A stretch of DNA of 64,000 nucleotides. Source: Candidatus Altarchaeum sp. (GTDB lineage Archaea; Altiarchaeota; Altiarchaeia; Altiarchaeales; Altiarchaeaceae). The position numbers and the translations under genes were made by a program. The stretch is taken from contig JAGWDQ010000060.1 in the NCBI GenBank assembly GCA_018260615.1, forward strand, positions 1,981-65,980, in the 5' to 3' direction. The notes below the pieces were generated by a model. That model was not told the DNA's origin. It searched no databases and was given only the letters and a program-made list of their open reading frames with translations. This document shows, piece after piece, positions 20,366 to 30,128 of this stretch (positions are counted from its first letter, which is position 1; each line of letters begins with the position of its first letter).

Positions 20366-20977
20366 TTAATTTTTCCACCTTTTGACAATATTGTGTTCAA
20401 TATCCAGATTGTCCAAAATTTTTCCTATTGTAAAGTTAATCATATCTTCTATTGTTTTCGGCTCGTGATAAAATGTCAGCACAGGCGGAATAATCACTAT
20501 ATTCAGTCCTTTCAGTTTTAACAAATTTTCCAGATGGTTGTAATTAAGAGGGCATTCTCTTGGAACAACAATTACCTTTTTGTTTTCTTTAAGCATAACA
20601 TCACATGTCCTTAAAATCAGGTTATCTGAAATCCCGCCGGCAAGTTTTGCAACTGTATTCATTGAACATGGAATTATAACGAGCGCATCCCTTTTGTTTT
20701 TTCCATAACAATTAGAACCGCTCGCAATATCTGCTGAAAAATCATTTATGTTAAAAATTTTTGCTGCCAGATTTTCAATTTCTTTTAGTGCTTCATTGCT
20801 GGTTGTTTCATTTCTTATTTCATTCCCTGTCTCATTGTTTATTTCATCTTTTATTACTGCTCTGCCCTCATCCGTGATGATCAAATCCGTTTCTATTTTT
20901 AAATTTTTCAAAATTTCCAAAAATCGCTTGGCGAGTATTGCCCCGCTTGCTCCCGTAATTCCAACTATGATGCGCAT
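20366..20977 (-). CDS. ubiX: Flavin prenyltransferase UbiX
   Basis: N-terminal MRIIVGITGASGAILA and IIPCSMNTVAKLAGGISDNLILR. There is a low-complexity insertion, NNETGNEIRNETTSNE. Confidence 0.88.
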   Translation of the reverse strand: MRIIVGITGASGAILAKRFLEILKNLKIETDLIITDEGRAVIKDEINNETGNEIRNETTSNEALKEIENLAAKIFNINDFSADIASGSNCYGKNKRDALVIIPCSMNTVAKLAGGISDNLILRTCDVMLKENKKVIVVPRECPLNYNHLENLLKLKGLNIVIIPPVLTFYHEPKTIEDMINFTIGKILDNLDIEHNIVKRWKN

Positions 20978-21572
20978 TTTATGTAATATTTTAAATTTTA
21001 TAAATTTATTCCGGGGTTTACTTTTTTTCTAAAAAAGCATTTCCAAAAATCGCATAGCGAGGATTAATCCGGTAATCCCGATCATAGTGGTACGCTTTCT
21101 TTTATTACACTTTTAATTATACTGCCAATCACATTTTTTCGTTCCTCTACTTCCTTTTCCGATCTAACCAACACATCACAAGGCATATAAAATTCTGCGA
21201 GGCGTTTTCTTATCTTGTGTGCTACCTCTCTTTTTCTCGTTAATGTCATGTTTTCTTTAACGACAATTAAAAAATCCCAATCACTATATTTATCATATTT
21301 GCCCGTTGCCCTTGAACCAAAAAGGAGTATATTTTTTACATTTGTTCCCATTTCATTAAGGCATTTTAAAATTTCTGCTTTTATATCTTTATCTTCAATA
21401 GTTTTTTCTTCCATGGTTATGATTTGATTGAATAATTATAAATTTTAATCTGTAATTAGGATTTAATAAAATTTAATATTGTGTTTAAATTTTTAAAAAT
21501 TTCCAAAAATCGCATGGCAATGACTGCTCCGCTTGTCCTGTAATTCCAACCGTTATACGCATTTTAAATTTT
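20901..21572. mobile_element. MNT cassette upstream of ubiX, bracketed by degenerate copies of the ubiX 5' end
   Basis: Resident ubiX 5' end is 20901-20985. Degenerate copies lie at 21037-21095 and 21487-21572. The MNT stop and last codons (VPL*) fall inside the 21037-21095 copy. Confidence 0.55.
21082..21414 (-). CDS. Minimal nucleotidyltransferase (MNT-type, usual partner of HEPN)
   Basis: LLFGSRATGKYDKYSDWDFLIVV matches the GS-x10-DxD pol-beta nucleotidyltransferase motif. No HEPN ORF is adjacent. Confidence 0.85.
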   Translation of the reverse strand: MEEKTIEDKDIKAEILKCLNEMGTNVKNILLFGSRATGKYDKYSDWDFLIVVKENMTLTRKREVAHKIRKRLAEFYMPCDVLVRSEKEVEERKNVIGSIIKSVIKESVPL

Positions 21573-21598
21573 TAGACAATAAATTTTAAATTATAACC

Positions 21599-21753
21599 TA
21601 TATCCTACATTCCGCACATCCGATCAAATTTTTTTAATTTAATCTCATTTTTTGGAATAATTTTACAAACTTTTGACTTTTTTGAAAATAATCTGCGAAA
21701 TCTTACAGGTAAATCCAATTTTTAATTTAAAAGTGCGGAATGTATGCTATATA
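21599..21753. repeat. MITE-like element with about 20-bp terminal inverted repeats (tatatcctacattccgcac / gtgcggaatgtatgctatata)
   Basis: TIRs at 21599-21617 and 21733-21753. The interior shares cttacaggtaaat with family R3. The right TIR contains the stop codon of the AAA ATPase ORF. Confidence 0.55.
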
Positions 21754-23234
21754 AATGAAAATATTGTAAACGGAATATATACAAGATTGCCGTCTTTTTT
21801 GATTCTCTGACATTCGCTGACGATTACTCCCCATTTTGAATTATATTTTTCAATTGCCATTTCAATCTGACGTTTATCTTTTTTTCCGTAACCGACTTCT
21901 ATTGGAATTATGTTTCCTTCTCCATCCTGAATCAAAAAGTCAACTCCTTCTTCATCAGGATCATAAAATATTCCTATAAATGAATTTGATGTTTCTTTCA
22001 TTCTTATTAAGGATGAAGCAACAAGGGTCTCAAGAAATATCCCAAACATGTGCCCATCAGTTATATCAAAATGTCCAAGTTTAGACCTTATTGCAACATT
22101 TATTGAAGGAGAAAGAAAATAATATTTCCACGGCTTTCTTATTGTTTTGCCAGCTCCACCATAGGGTTTAATACTAAAAATGAGGTGGGTCTTTTCAATA
22201 GCGTTCAATATACTCTGCACTAATGTTGGTGACACACCAAGATATTTGGAAAGTTTAGCATCAGATGTTCCCCCCGGAGATTGTAATGCCAAAAAACTTA
22301 ATATTCTAAAGACGGTATTTCGTGTGTTTGTATTAAAGGACTGTATAGAAAATACATCTTTTTCTACAACTCTTTCAATCATAGCATATATTTTTTCATG
22401 CGATTCAGTTTGAGTCATATTTAAAGTAAATGGAAATCCATTAAAGCAAACAAAATCATCCCATTCCTTCTCTATCGGTTTCCTTATTTTTAAAGATAAG
22501 AGTTTTTTTATGAGTTCTGTTTCTTTTAGAATAACGTTTTCAACAAAAAGGTCATCATTGCTGTGAAAAATCAGGTCCATAATACTTTCAGATGTGTTTT
22601 TCGGTAAAACCAATCCGTACTTTAATATCAAATATTCTGAGAAGTTCATTGGAAAGACCATTTCTTTCGTTGCTCGTCTGGCTGCATCCACATTTAATTC
22701 TAAACTTAATGCAGATGATCCTGTAAAAATCATAAAAATTTTCCTGCTTTTATCAAATAAGACCTTTGCGGTTTCGCTCCATTCAGGATCATAATGCGCC
22801 TCATCAACAAAAATAAATAACTTTTCTTCCAGATACGTAGGAGAAGTTCTATGAATGTCACGAATAAATGTGTCAATAACATCAAGAATTTTTTTACCCA
22901 AATATGCTTTTAACTCATCAGCTGAAAAATACAAGATTCTATCGTGAGAGATTTTTTTCTCAGTTGTCAGATAATCGTAAATCTGAAAAACCATAGTAGT
23001 TTTCCCAACACCTCTTAAGCCAGGCAACACAATGATCCTTTCGGCATTCTCTGAGTTTTCGTCCTTCATAAAGTTATCTGTATACCTCTTGAGTTCAAAG
23101 TAGGCATTCCTGTGTCCATGTATATGTTTCAAATAGGTTTCAACAAGCTTCGGTGCTTCAGCTAACTTTTCAAATGTATATTTCAACAAATGTTCTTTTT
23201 CATCTATGTTCATTTTGTTGTTAACTTTATACAA
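21747..23234 (-). CDS. AAA+ ATPase (DUF4143-type archaeal ATPase)
   Basis: Walker A PGLRGVGKTT and Walker B IFVDEAH. The 495-aa architecture with a C-terminal nuclease-like or wHTH region is typical of this family. Confidence 0.8.
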   Translation of the reverse strand: MYKVNNKMNIDEKEHLLKYTFEKLAEAPKLVETYLKHIHGHRNAYFELKRYTDNFMKDENSENAERIIVLPGLRGVGKTTMVFQIYDYLTTEKKISHDRILYFSADELKAYLGKKILDVIDTFIRDIHRTSPTYLEEKLFIFVDEAHYDPEWSETAKVLFDKSRKIFMIFTGSSALSLELNVDAARRATKEMVFPMNFSEYLILKYGLVLPKNTSESIMDLIFHSNDDLFVENVILKETELIKKLLSLKIRKPIEKEWDDFVCFNGFPFTLNMTQTESHEKIYAMIERVVEKDVFSIQSFNTNTRNTVFRILSFLALQSPGGTSDAKLSKYLGVSPTLVQSILNAIEKTHLIFSIKPYGGAGKTIRKPWKYYFLSPSINVAIRSKLGHFDITDGHMFGIFLETLVASSLIRMKETSNSFIGIFYDPDEEGVDFLIQDGEGNIIPIEVGYGKKDKRQIEMAIEKYNSKWGVIVSECQRIKKDGNLVYIPFTIFSFI

Positions 23235-23249
23235 TTACGAGTATATGTA

Positions 23250-23350
23250 TTTATATCTTTATACTCTAAAATGTATAAGCACATCTGTATTCTTATATTC
23301 TAAAATGTATAAGCATTTGCCTATCCTTATACTGTTAAATGTATAAGCAT
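23250..23350. repeat. Tandem repeat, about 34-bp unit x 3 (..cttatact.taaaatgtataagca..)
   Basis: The core aaatgtataagca recurs with a 34-bp period (g at 23273, 23307, 23341). It lies immediately upstream of the AAA ATPase start. Confidence 0.8.
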
Positions 23351-23364
23351 TCATCCAATTTTTC

Positions 23365-24576
23365 TCAAAATAAATGGACATCAACTTCTTCAGACATTTC
23401 AATCACCTTTTTATCTGTTGGAATCTCAATGAAACCATCCGCCTCGCTCATACTCGTTATTGCCCCCGATGTTTTATAGACCGCTTTTGCATATCCGTTT
23501 TCCAGTTTTACGGTAACAAATAAGTGCCTGTCTGATTTTGAAATAAATTTTTCAGACATTTTTGCCTTTACGATTTTTCTTTCAAAAGGAAGATGAGCAA
23601 TTTTTCGCAATGCCGGAAGTAAAAATATATAAGCATTCATCAGGCATGATGTGGGATTTCCAGGCATTCCGAAAACCGGTCTGCCATTCACATTCCCAAA
23701 TAATGTCGGCTTTCCGGGTTTAATATTGACGCCGTGAAATAAAATTTTTCCATTACCTTCAACAATTTTGCTTAATAAGTCCTTTTCACCGACAGAACTC
23801 CCTCCGGAAATTATGACAACATCGTATTGTAGTGCTTCCTCAAGCCGTTTTTGTAAAATTTCTTCTTTATCTCCTGCAATTTTAAGCACAACGGGAATAC
23901 AACCTGCTTTTTTAATAACGGCTGCGAGCGTATAAGAATTTATATCATAAATTTTTCCGGGCGTTAAATTTTTTCCGACATCAATAATTTCATTGCCTGT
24001 TCCGAATATTGCCACTTTCGGGATTGAATAGACCTCTATATTTTTAACTCCGATTGCCGCCAATACGCCGATTTTTGCAGGTGTTAAAATTTCCCCTTTT
24101 CTTAACACAACAGTGCTTTTTTTTATATCTTCTCCTTCTTTTCCTATATTTTCCAATAATTTCAACGATTTAAAAATTGAGACATTATTTCCATCTCTTT
24201 TTGTATCTTCTATCATAACAACTGCATTGGCGTTAACCGGAAGCACAGAACCGGTTGTAACATACATGCACTCTCCGTTTTTTAATGCTGTTGAAATTCT
24301 TTGTCCTGCAAAAATGCTCGCGATAAATTTTAACTCTGCGGGATTTTCTAAACCTGCTTTTTGTGTATCCTCAGACATGACAGCATATCCGTCCATTGCT
24401 GCTCTATCAAAAGGAGGAATATTAAGGCATGCAACAACATCATCTGCTAAAACTCTGTCTGCAAATACATTAAATTTGAGCATGTCTTTTATTTTTAAAA
24501 TTTCAGTTCTTTGAATCGGAGTAATATTTGCACCTGTAATTTTTTTTGCTTCTTCCAATGAAATAATTTTTGACAT
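23365..24576 (-). CDS. moeA: Molybdopterin molybdenumtransferase MoeA
   Basis: 403 aa with the MoeA N-terminal, MoCF-binding (SGGSSVGEKD) and C-terminal domains. Confidence 0.9.
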   Translation of the reverse strand: MSKIISLEEAKKITGANITPIQRTEILKIKDMLKFNVFADRVLADDVVACLNIPPFDRAAMDGYAVMSEDTQKAGLENPAELKFIASIFAGQRISTALKNGECMYVTTGSVLPVNANAVVMIEDTKRDGNNVSIFKSLKLLENIGKEGEDIKKSTVVLRKGEILTPAKIGVLAAIGVKNIEVYSIPKVAIFGTGNEIIDVGKNLTPGKIYDINSYTLAAVIKKAGCIPVVLKIAGDKEEILQKRLEEALQYDVVIISGGSSVGEKDLLSKIVEGNGKILFHGVNIKPGKPTLFGNVNGRPVFGMPGNPTSCLMNAYIFLLPALRKIAHLPFERKIVKAKMSEKFISKSDRHLFVTVKLENGYAKAVYKTSGAITSMSEADGFIEIPTDKKVIEMSEEVDVHLF

Positions 24577-24698
24577 TTTGAGTTTTAAAATTTGAGGTTG
24601 AATAAATTAAATTAATATCAAATAAATTTAAATTAACAACAGAGTGTAACGGTATCCATTCGGAATTACGACCCAGAAAATTTAGCCCGATAGTCATG

Positions 24699-25562
24699 TT
24701 ATTTTAATTTTGCCGGATTTCCACAGCATTTTTTATATTTTTTCCCGCTTCCGCAAGGACAGGGATCGTTTCTTCCTGTTTTTTCTCTCTTTTTGTTTTT
24801 CTCGTCGCTCACAACATCAGGGTATTTTTCTGTCTTTCGTCCACCATAATATCTTTCAAAATAATAGTTCAGATTTTTATCCGAGAAATGATCCCACAGA
24901 TTACTTGTGCATCGAATATACTCTTTATGTGTGCCTGTTCCTTCATAAAGATCCTTCAGATCATCCATATCACATATTCGGAATGGTCCCGTGTCACATC
25001 GTTCGTGTGATTCCTTTACCAATTCAAATAATTCCTTATTTCTTATCTCGGCTATATCTGGCAGAGCAAGAGATATTAGAAGTTTATCTTCCTCCTCTCT
25101 TAAAAATTGTTTGCACAATTCAACAGTTCTCTCCTTAACATCCGGATTTAAAATTGCCTTTGCACACAATGTTTCAATTGCGGCAATTCTAACATACATA
25201 TCCGAAGATTTATCCAGTGCGATACTTTTGATGTTGTCATAATATCCCAGACCAAAAGAATACAATATAGCCGATAAATGTTCTGTAATCCAGTCATCCA
25301 ATTCTTCGGTTCTCTGACTTATCATATATTTCAATATTTCAAAGGACTTTTCATCTCCCTTCAAACCCAGTATAAAAAATACATGATACGGACACCATGA
25401 GTCTCCTGGTCCATCTCGCTTCCAGTAATCATCTTTTTGCACTATCTCAAACAATCCTTTATAAATTTCATCATCTTCTCGTTTTACAATTTCTTCTATT
25501 ATTTCTCTATCAACCATAAGTCCGGATTTTATAAATTTTCCAATTAATTGTTTTGTGTCCAT
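24699..25562 (-). CDS. SEC-C motif protein (hypothetical)
   Basis: C-terminal [16 protein letters not shown] is the SEC-C metal-binding motif. Confidence 0.6.
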   Translation of the reverse strand: MDTKQLIGKFIKSGLMVDREIIEEIVKREDDEIYKGLFEIVQKDDYWKRDGPGDSWCPYHVFFILGLKGDEKSFEILKYMISQRTEELDDWITEHLSAILYSFGLGYYDNIKSIALDKSSDMYVRIAAIETLCAKAILNPDVKERTVELCKQFLREEEDKLLISLALPDIAEIRNKELFELVKESHERCDTGPFRICDMDDLKDLYEGTGTHKEYIRCTSNLWDHFSDKNLNYYFERYYGGRKTEKYPDVVSDEKNKKREKTGRNDPCPCGSGKKYKKCCGNPAKLK

Positions 25563-25614
25563 CTTGCTTTAATTTTTAACAGCAAATATTTCATAATTCG
25601 TTCAAATAACTTTC

Positions 25615-26832
25615 TTATTTAACAACCCATTTCACAATCTCACCGGCGTTTATTCTCGCATTTGGATAAATAACAGTTCCGGGAAGAATTGTGGTATTTA
25701 TTCCCGTCTTTACATTATCTCCGATTATTGCCCCCAGCTTAATTCTTCCGCTGTCTATTACTTTGTCATTGAGCGTAACCTTTATGCATGCATTATCGTG
25801 CCGTAAATTTGCGATGTTTGTTCCCGCCCCCAAATTGCAGTGTTCTCCGATTATTGAATCTCCTACATAACTTAAATGAGGGACATTTGTATTGCTCATA
25901 ATTACTGAATTTTTGATTTCAACTGCGTTTCCGATGTGGCAGTTGTTTCCGACTGAAGTATAAGGCCTTATAAATGTATTAGGCCCTATTTTACAGTTCT
26001 TTCCAATGTAACAGGGTCCGATAATATAACTTCCATTCAAAATTTCCGTGCCTTCACCAACGATGATGTTGCCTTTAATTGTTACTCTTTCTTCAATATT
26101 TCCGTAAATTTCGCTTTTAATATTTTTAAGTAAAATTTCGTTTGCAGCAAGTAAATCCCACGGCTTTCCAACATCCATCCAGAATTCATTATTGTCCATC
26201 GCATAGCCATAAATTTCCTTGTTTTTTATTAAAATTTTTATTGCGTCTGTGATTTCGTATTCCGCTCTTTCACTTTTTCCCAGATTTTCTGTTAAATGAA
26301 AAATTTCCTCGTCAAATAAGTAAATTCCAGCATTGATGAGATTGCTTTTCGGGTTTTTCGGTTTCTCTTCAATGAGCGATATTCGGTGACTTTCGTTTTC
26401 AATTTCAACGACACCGTAATCAGAAGGGTTTTCAACTTTTGTCAGGCACATTGCATTTTTTTTGTTGCCTTCATCTGCGAAATTTATAAAATTTTTTATT
26501 ACATTTTCACTTACAACAATATCTCCGTTCATAACGATAAATTTGTTCTTTATTTTCTCCTTTAAGGTTAATATAGCATTTGCGGTTCCGAGCTGTTCTT
26601 TTTGTTCAATGTATTCGAGCTCTGCATTATTAAATTTATTTCCGAAGTGCTGCATAACAACTTCTTTTTTATATCCGACGACAACATAAATTTTTTTGAA
26701 AAATTTTGAAAGGACTTCCAAATTTCTCTCTAAAATCGGCTTTCCTGCAACGGGAAGCATTGGTTTTGGTTTCGTTAATGTTAATGGTCGCATTCTTTTG
26801 CCCTCTCCGCCTGCTAATAATACGCATTCCAT
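25615..26832 (-). CDS. Bifunctional sugar-1-phosphate nucleotidylyltransferase/acetyltransferase (archaeal GlmU-like)
   Basis: N-terminal LLAGGEGKRMRPLTLTKPKPMLPV, with C-terminal left-handed beta-helix hexapeptide repeats. Confidence 0.85.
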   Translation of the reverse strand: MECVLLAGGEGKRMRPLTLTKPKPMLPVAGKPILERNLEVLSKFFKKIYVVVGYKKEVVMQHFGNKFNNAELEYIEQKEQLGTANAILTLKEKIKNKFIVMNGDIVVSENVIKNFINFADEGNKKNAMCLTKVENPSDYGVVEIENESHRISLIEEKPKNPKSNLINAGIYLFDEEIFHLTENLGKSERAEYEITDAIKILIKNKEIYGYAMDNNEFWMDVGKPWDLLAANEILLKNIKSEIYGNIEERVTIKGNIIVGEGTEILNGSYIIGPCYIGKNCKIGPNTFIRPYTSVGNNCHIGNAVEIKNSVIMSNTNVPHLSYVGDSIIGEHCNLGAGTNIANLRHDNACIKVTLNDKVIDSGRIKLGAIIGDNVKTGINTTILPGTVIYPNARINAGEIVKWVVK

Positions 26833-27091
26833 TTTGATAATTTTTTATTTTTTTGTTTTTTGTATCTCTGTAAATTCTTCAATTTTTTTATTATCTTTTA
26901 TGACAAAAAAAAACACATCTTTAATAAATTGTGCCAATGCATATTGTGACCCTTCTTTACCCAAATATCTTAATGTCTTACCCCATGCTTCGTGTGTTTT
27001 TAATGACTCTTCATCCGTAAAATATATCTGTGTTTGCAACCCCATTTTGTTTTTGTTTTTTTGATTCTGCTAATAATACGCATTCCATTTT
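26811..27091. mobile_element. Micro-cassette bounded by a perfect 25-bp direct repeat (26811-26835 and 27067-27091) duplicating the first 7 codons of the GlmU-like gene
   Basis: ctgctaataatacgcattccatttt occurs twice, 256 bp apart. The interior is essentially only the 66-aa ORF. Confidence 0.65.
26845..27045 (-). CDS. Small protein, 66 aa (MGLQTQIYFTDEESLKTHEAWGK... family)
   Basis: A paralog lies at 6283-6453. It is co-directional with and immediately upstream of the GlmU-like gene. Confidence 0.45.
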   Translation of the reverse strand: MGLQTQIYFTDEESLKTHEAWGKTLRYLGKEGSQYALAQFIKDVFFFVIKDNKKIEEFTEIQKTKK

Positions 27092-27116
27092 TCTGTATAT
27101 AATTTGTTTTTTAAAT

Positions 27117-27172
27117 TTATTTGTTTATTTTATTTGTTTATTTTATTTGTTTATTTTATTTGTTTATTTATT
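27117..27172. repeat. Tandem repeat, 13-bp unit (atttgtttatttt) x about 4
   Basis: A g recurs at 27123, 27136, 27149 and 27162. The array lies upstream of the paralog array. Confidence 0.8.
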
Positions 27173-27268
27173 TTAAATCTTATTTATATAATAACAACTT
27201 TAATCTGATTAAAGTAGGTTTTTAAAATTTAAATTTAAAATTTAATAAAAATTTAAGAGGTGAAAAAA

Positions 27269-28192
27269 ATGAATGAAACGAAAAGCAACAAAACAATAAC
27301 GGAAAATTTTTTTGAATATTTAAGGTATCATCCGATAAGCAGTAAATCGTTTATCTTATATTTTTTGGGTTTGCTGGGGGCAATTATTATTTTCTTTTTA
27401 ACAGGAGAAACATACATTTTTAGTATTGTTCAGATTACCTGTACTCTATTATTATTTTGGTTTTTGGTTGTTCCAATCGCATTAAAAACGAGAAGTAAGT
27501 ATATGGTTTATTCTACTCTCTTTCCGTTTGTGTTTTTAGGTTTGTTCATTGTTGCGTACCTATTTTTCATGCTCATCAACATAAACATCGCTGAACTGAT
27601 TAAGTTATTGGTAAGAGAACAGCCATTAGTCGGTGCATTTGTTATGTTAGCAATAATTCTCGGCTCTGTTGCATTTTTTATTTACCTTTTGATAAAATAC
27701 CAAAAATCAGATGTGTGGTTTCAGAGTTTATGGATACAAGAAGGAGGAGTTATTGTAAAGACCGCTGATAAAATTTATTCGACACAGGACGGATACAGCG
27801 AAAGACCTTATTCCTGTCAAATGAAAATTTCTAATTTAAATTTTTCAGATATTGAAAATTTTGCGAAATTGCTCGCTAAAAATTTAATAATTATCAACTG
27901 GAAAAACCGGGAAAATTCGGTTAAGATGTGGCTTCTTGTGAGGAGAAGTTTCATTACCTATTTTGATGTATTCTATTCGGAAAATCTCGGCTCGTGGATT
28001 GAAATAAACAAGGATTGAAAACTTGTGGTTTTTATTGCAAAGCCAGATTATAAAATCATCGGAAAAGAGATAACTTATCATATACTTTGCAGTAATATTG
28101 CAGAAAAATTTGAACAGTCATTTACTGAATTTGCGAAAGGAAGCAACGATAGCAAAATTAATTCAATTAAAATTTTAAAAGGTGAAAAATGA
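27269..28192 (+). pseudogene. Membrane-protein paralog 1 of the five-gene array, interrupted by an in-frame TGA
   Basis: TGA at 28016-28018 is in frame. Downstream, the same frame continues KLVVFIAKPDYKIIGKEITYHILCSNIAEKFEQSFTEFAKGSNDSKINSIKILKGEK*, matching the family C-terminus. The start at ATG 27269 is chosen by homology to paralog 2. Confidence 0.6.
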
Positions 28193-29124
28193 ATGAAACA
28201 GGAAAAAGCAACAAAACAATAACGGAAAATTTTTTTGAATACTTAAGGTATCATCCGATAAGCAGTAAATTACAGATATTATTTTTTGTTGGATGTTTGG
28301 GCATACTTATTGCTTCTTTCTTATTCCCAAATATTTCCTCTTTTATGTCATTTCCTATTTGGATAGTATATTTCTTTTTGATGTGGCTTCCTATTGTTCC
28401 GATTGCATTGAAAACGAGAAGTAAATATGCCATTTCTCTCGCTATTGCTATAATTGGCTTTTTGTTGTTGTTTATCTTATTATCTGTCATACAATATTTG
28501 TTTCCGGATATTATATCTGCCATAATTTCAAAAGCAATTATATTAATGACAAGGGAACAGCCGTTATTTGGTGCATTGCTTATCACAGCAGTAATTGTTG
28601 GATTTTTTGGGCTTTGGATGAAATACAGTAAATCAGAGTTTGGGATTCAGGATGTATGGATACAAAAAGGAGGTGTTATTGGAAATGCAGCCAGTCAAAT
28701 TTATTCAACCCAGGATGGATATAGTGAAAGACCATATTCATATCAAATGAAAATTTCCGGTTTAAATTTTTCCGATATTGAAAATTTTGCGAAATTTCTT
28801 GCGAAAAATTTGATAATCATCAACTGGAAAAACCGGGAAAATTCGGTTAAGATGTGGCTTTTTGTAACGAGAAGCTTCATTAGTTATTTTGATATATTTT
28901 ACTCTAAAAATGAAAATCTTGGCACATGGATTGAAATAAACAAAGAGGGAAAAATAATCGTTTTCATAGCGAAGCCGGATTATAAAAATATTTATCGGGA
29001 AGTAACTTATCACACATTATGCAAAAATTTAGCAGAAAAATTTGAACAGTCATTTATTGAATTTGCGAAAGGAAGCAAGGATGATAAAATTAATTCAGTT
29101 AAAATTTTAAAAGGTGAAAAATGA
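28189..29124 (+). CDS. Membrane-protein paralog 2 (unrecognised family)
   Basis: About 4 hydrophobic helices followed by the conserved C-terminal domain. ATGA overlaps with both neighbours. Confidence 0.75.
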   Translation: MNETGKSNKTITENFFEYLRYHPISSKLQILFFVGCLGILIASFLFPNISSFMSFPIWIVYFFLMWLPIVPIALKTRSKYAISLAIAIIGFLLLFILLSVIQYLFPDIISAIISKAIILMTREQPLFGALLITAVIVGFFGLWMKYSKSEFGIQDVWIQKGGVIGNAASQIYSTQDGYSERPYSYQMKISGLNFSDIENFAKFLAKNLIIINWKNRENSVKMWLFVTRSFISYFDIFYSKNENLGTWIEINKEGKIIVFIAKPDYKNIYREVTYHTLCKNLAEKFEQSFIEFAKGSKDDKINSVKILKGEK

Positions 29125-30128
29125 ACGAAACAACATTTTTGTATTTATTTGTAGGGGCAATAATAATATTAATTATAATTATGACTGTAATAATCGGATG
29201 GAAATTTAATCTGTGGAGAAGACAAAAATTTGTAAAAAATTTGAATGAAAGGGAAAAGAAAAGATGGCAACGACTTGAAAAATACCGAGTATCCAAGGGA
29301 GGTTATAAAAAAGGTTTTGTAATTTTGTTTGCTGCTATGATTATTCCCTGGATATTGATGTTGGTTTTTCACATATCTTTTAAAACAACGATGTTGTTTG
29401 GGGCAGTAATATTTATTCCGGTTCTCATTCCTCATCTTTGGTTTGTATTTAAAAGAAAGAACAGGGACGAAATAATAACTGTTATTTTTTTATTTGGGAT
29501 ATATATGGGTGTATGTGTGTGGTATCTCGGATATGAATTTGTTAAATACTTTTTACAAATTACCCTTTTCATTTTTATTTTTTACTGGCAGCTATTCAAA
29601 ATGAAAGGTGAACAGGAACAAATGGCAATATACTGTAATCTGATTGTAAGTGCCGGATTGGATATGGACTCACAACTTGACGGCTATTCTCAAAGACCAT
29701 TCAGTAAAGAATCTGCTGCGATAAAAGAAATATTCAAAGCAGGCGAAAATAATTTAAATTTAAATTTCAAAAAAATCGCGGATGATTTTGGAAAAACAAC
29801 AGGTAAAAAAATGATATTGATGGACTGGAAAATTAATGATAATGAAGCGGTGTTTTATCCGGTTACTGCTTATCTGCTTATCGCGCAAATTTATTTAATA
29901 TTGCCGTCACTTGGAAAAGATAAAATTTCGTGGATTAAATTAAGTAGTGATGGAAGAATAACTGTTTTTGTATCAAAAGGCGATTATGATAGAATTCTGG
30001 AGAAAGTAACTTATCACACTCTATGCCAAATCCTCATAGAAAGATTTGAACGAGCATTCATTGAATTTGCGAAAGGAAGCAATGATGATAAAATTAATGC
30101 AATTAAAATTTTAAAAGGCGAAAAATGA
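29121..30128 (+). CDS. Membrane-protein paralog 3 (unrecognised family)
   Basis: Same architecture, with the basic loop REKKRWQRLEKYR after the first TM helix. ATGA overlaps. Confidence 0.75.
   Translation: MNETTFLYLFVGAIIILIIIMTVIIGWKFNLWRRQKFVKNLNEREKKRWQRLEKYRVSKGGYKKGFVILFAAMIIPWILMLVFHISFKTTMLFGAVIFIPVLIPHLWFVFKRKNRDEIITVIFLFGIYMGVCVWYLGYEFVKYFLQITLFIFIFYWQLFKMKGEQEQMAIYCNLIVSAGLDMDSQLDGYSQRPFSKESAAIKEIFKAGENNLNLNFKKIADDFGKTTGKKMILMDWKINDNEAVFYPVTAYLLIAQIYLILPSLGKDKISWIKLSSDGRITVFVSKGDYDRILEKVTYHTLCQILIERFERAFIEFAKGSNDDKINAIKILKGEK

Noticed and set aside
28016-28018. TGA recoded as a sense codon (Gly or Sec).
   Set aside because: TGA is the terminator at all four ATGA junctions of the paralog array, so ordinary stop usage is the simpler reading. 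I saw no SECIS-like context.
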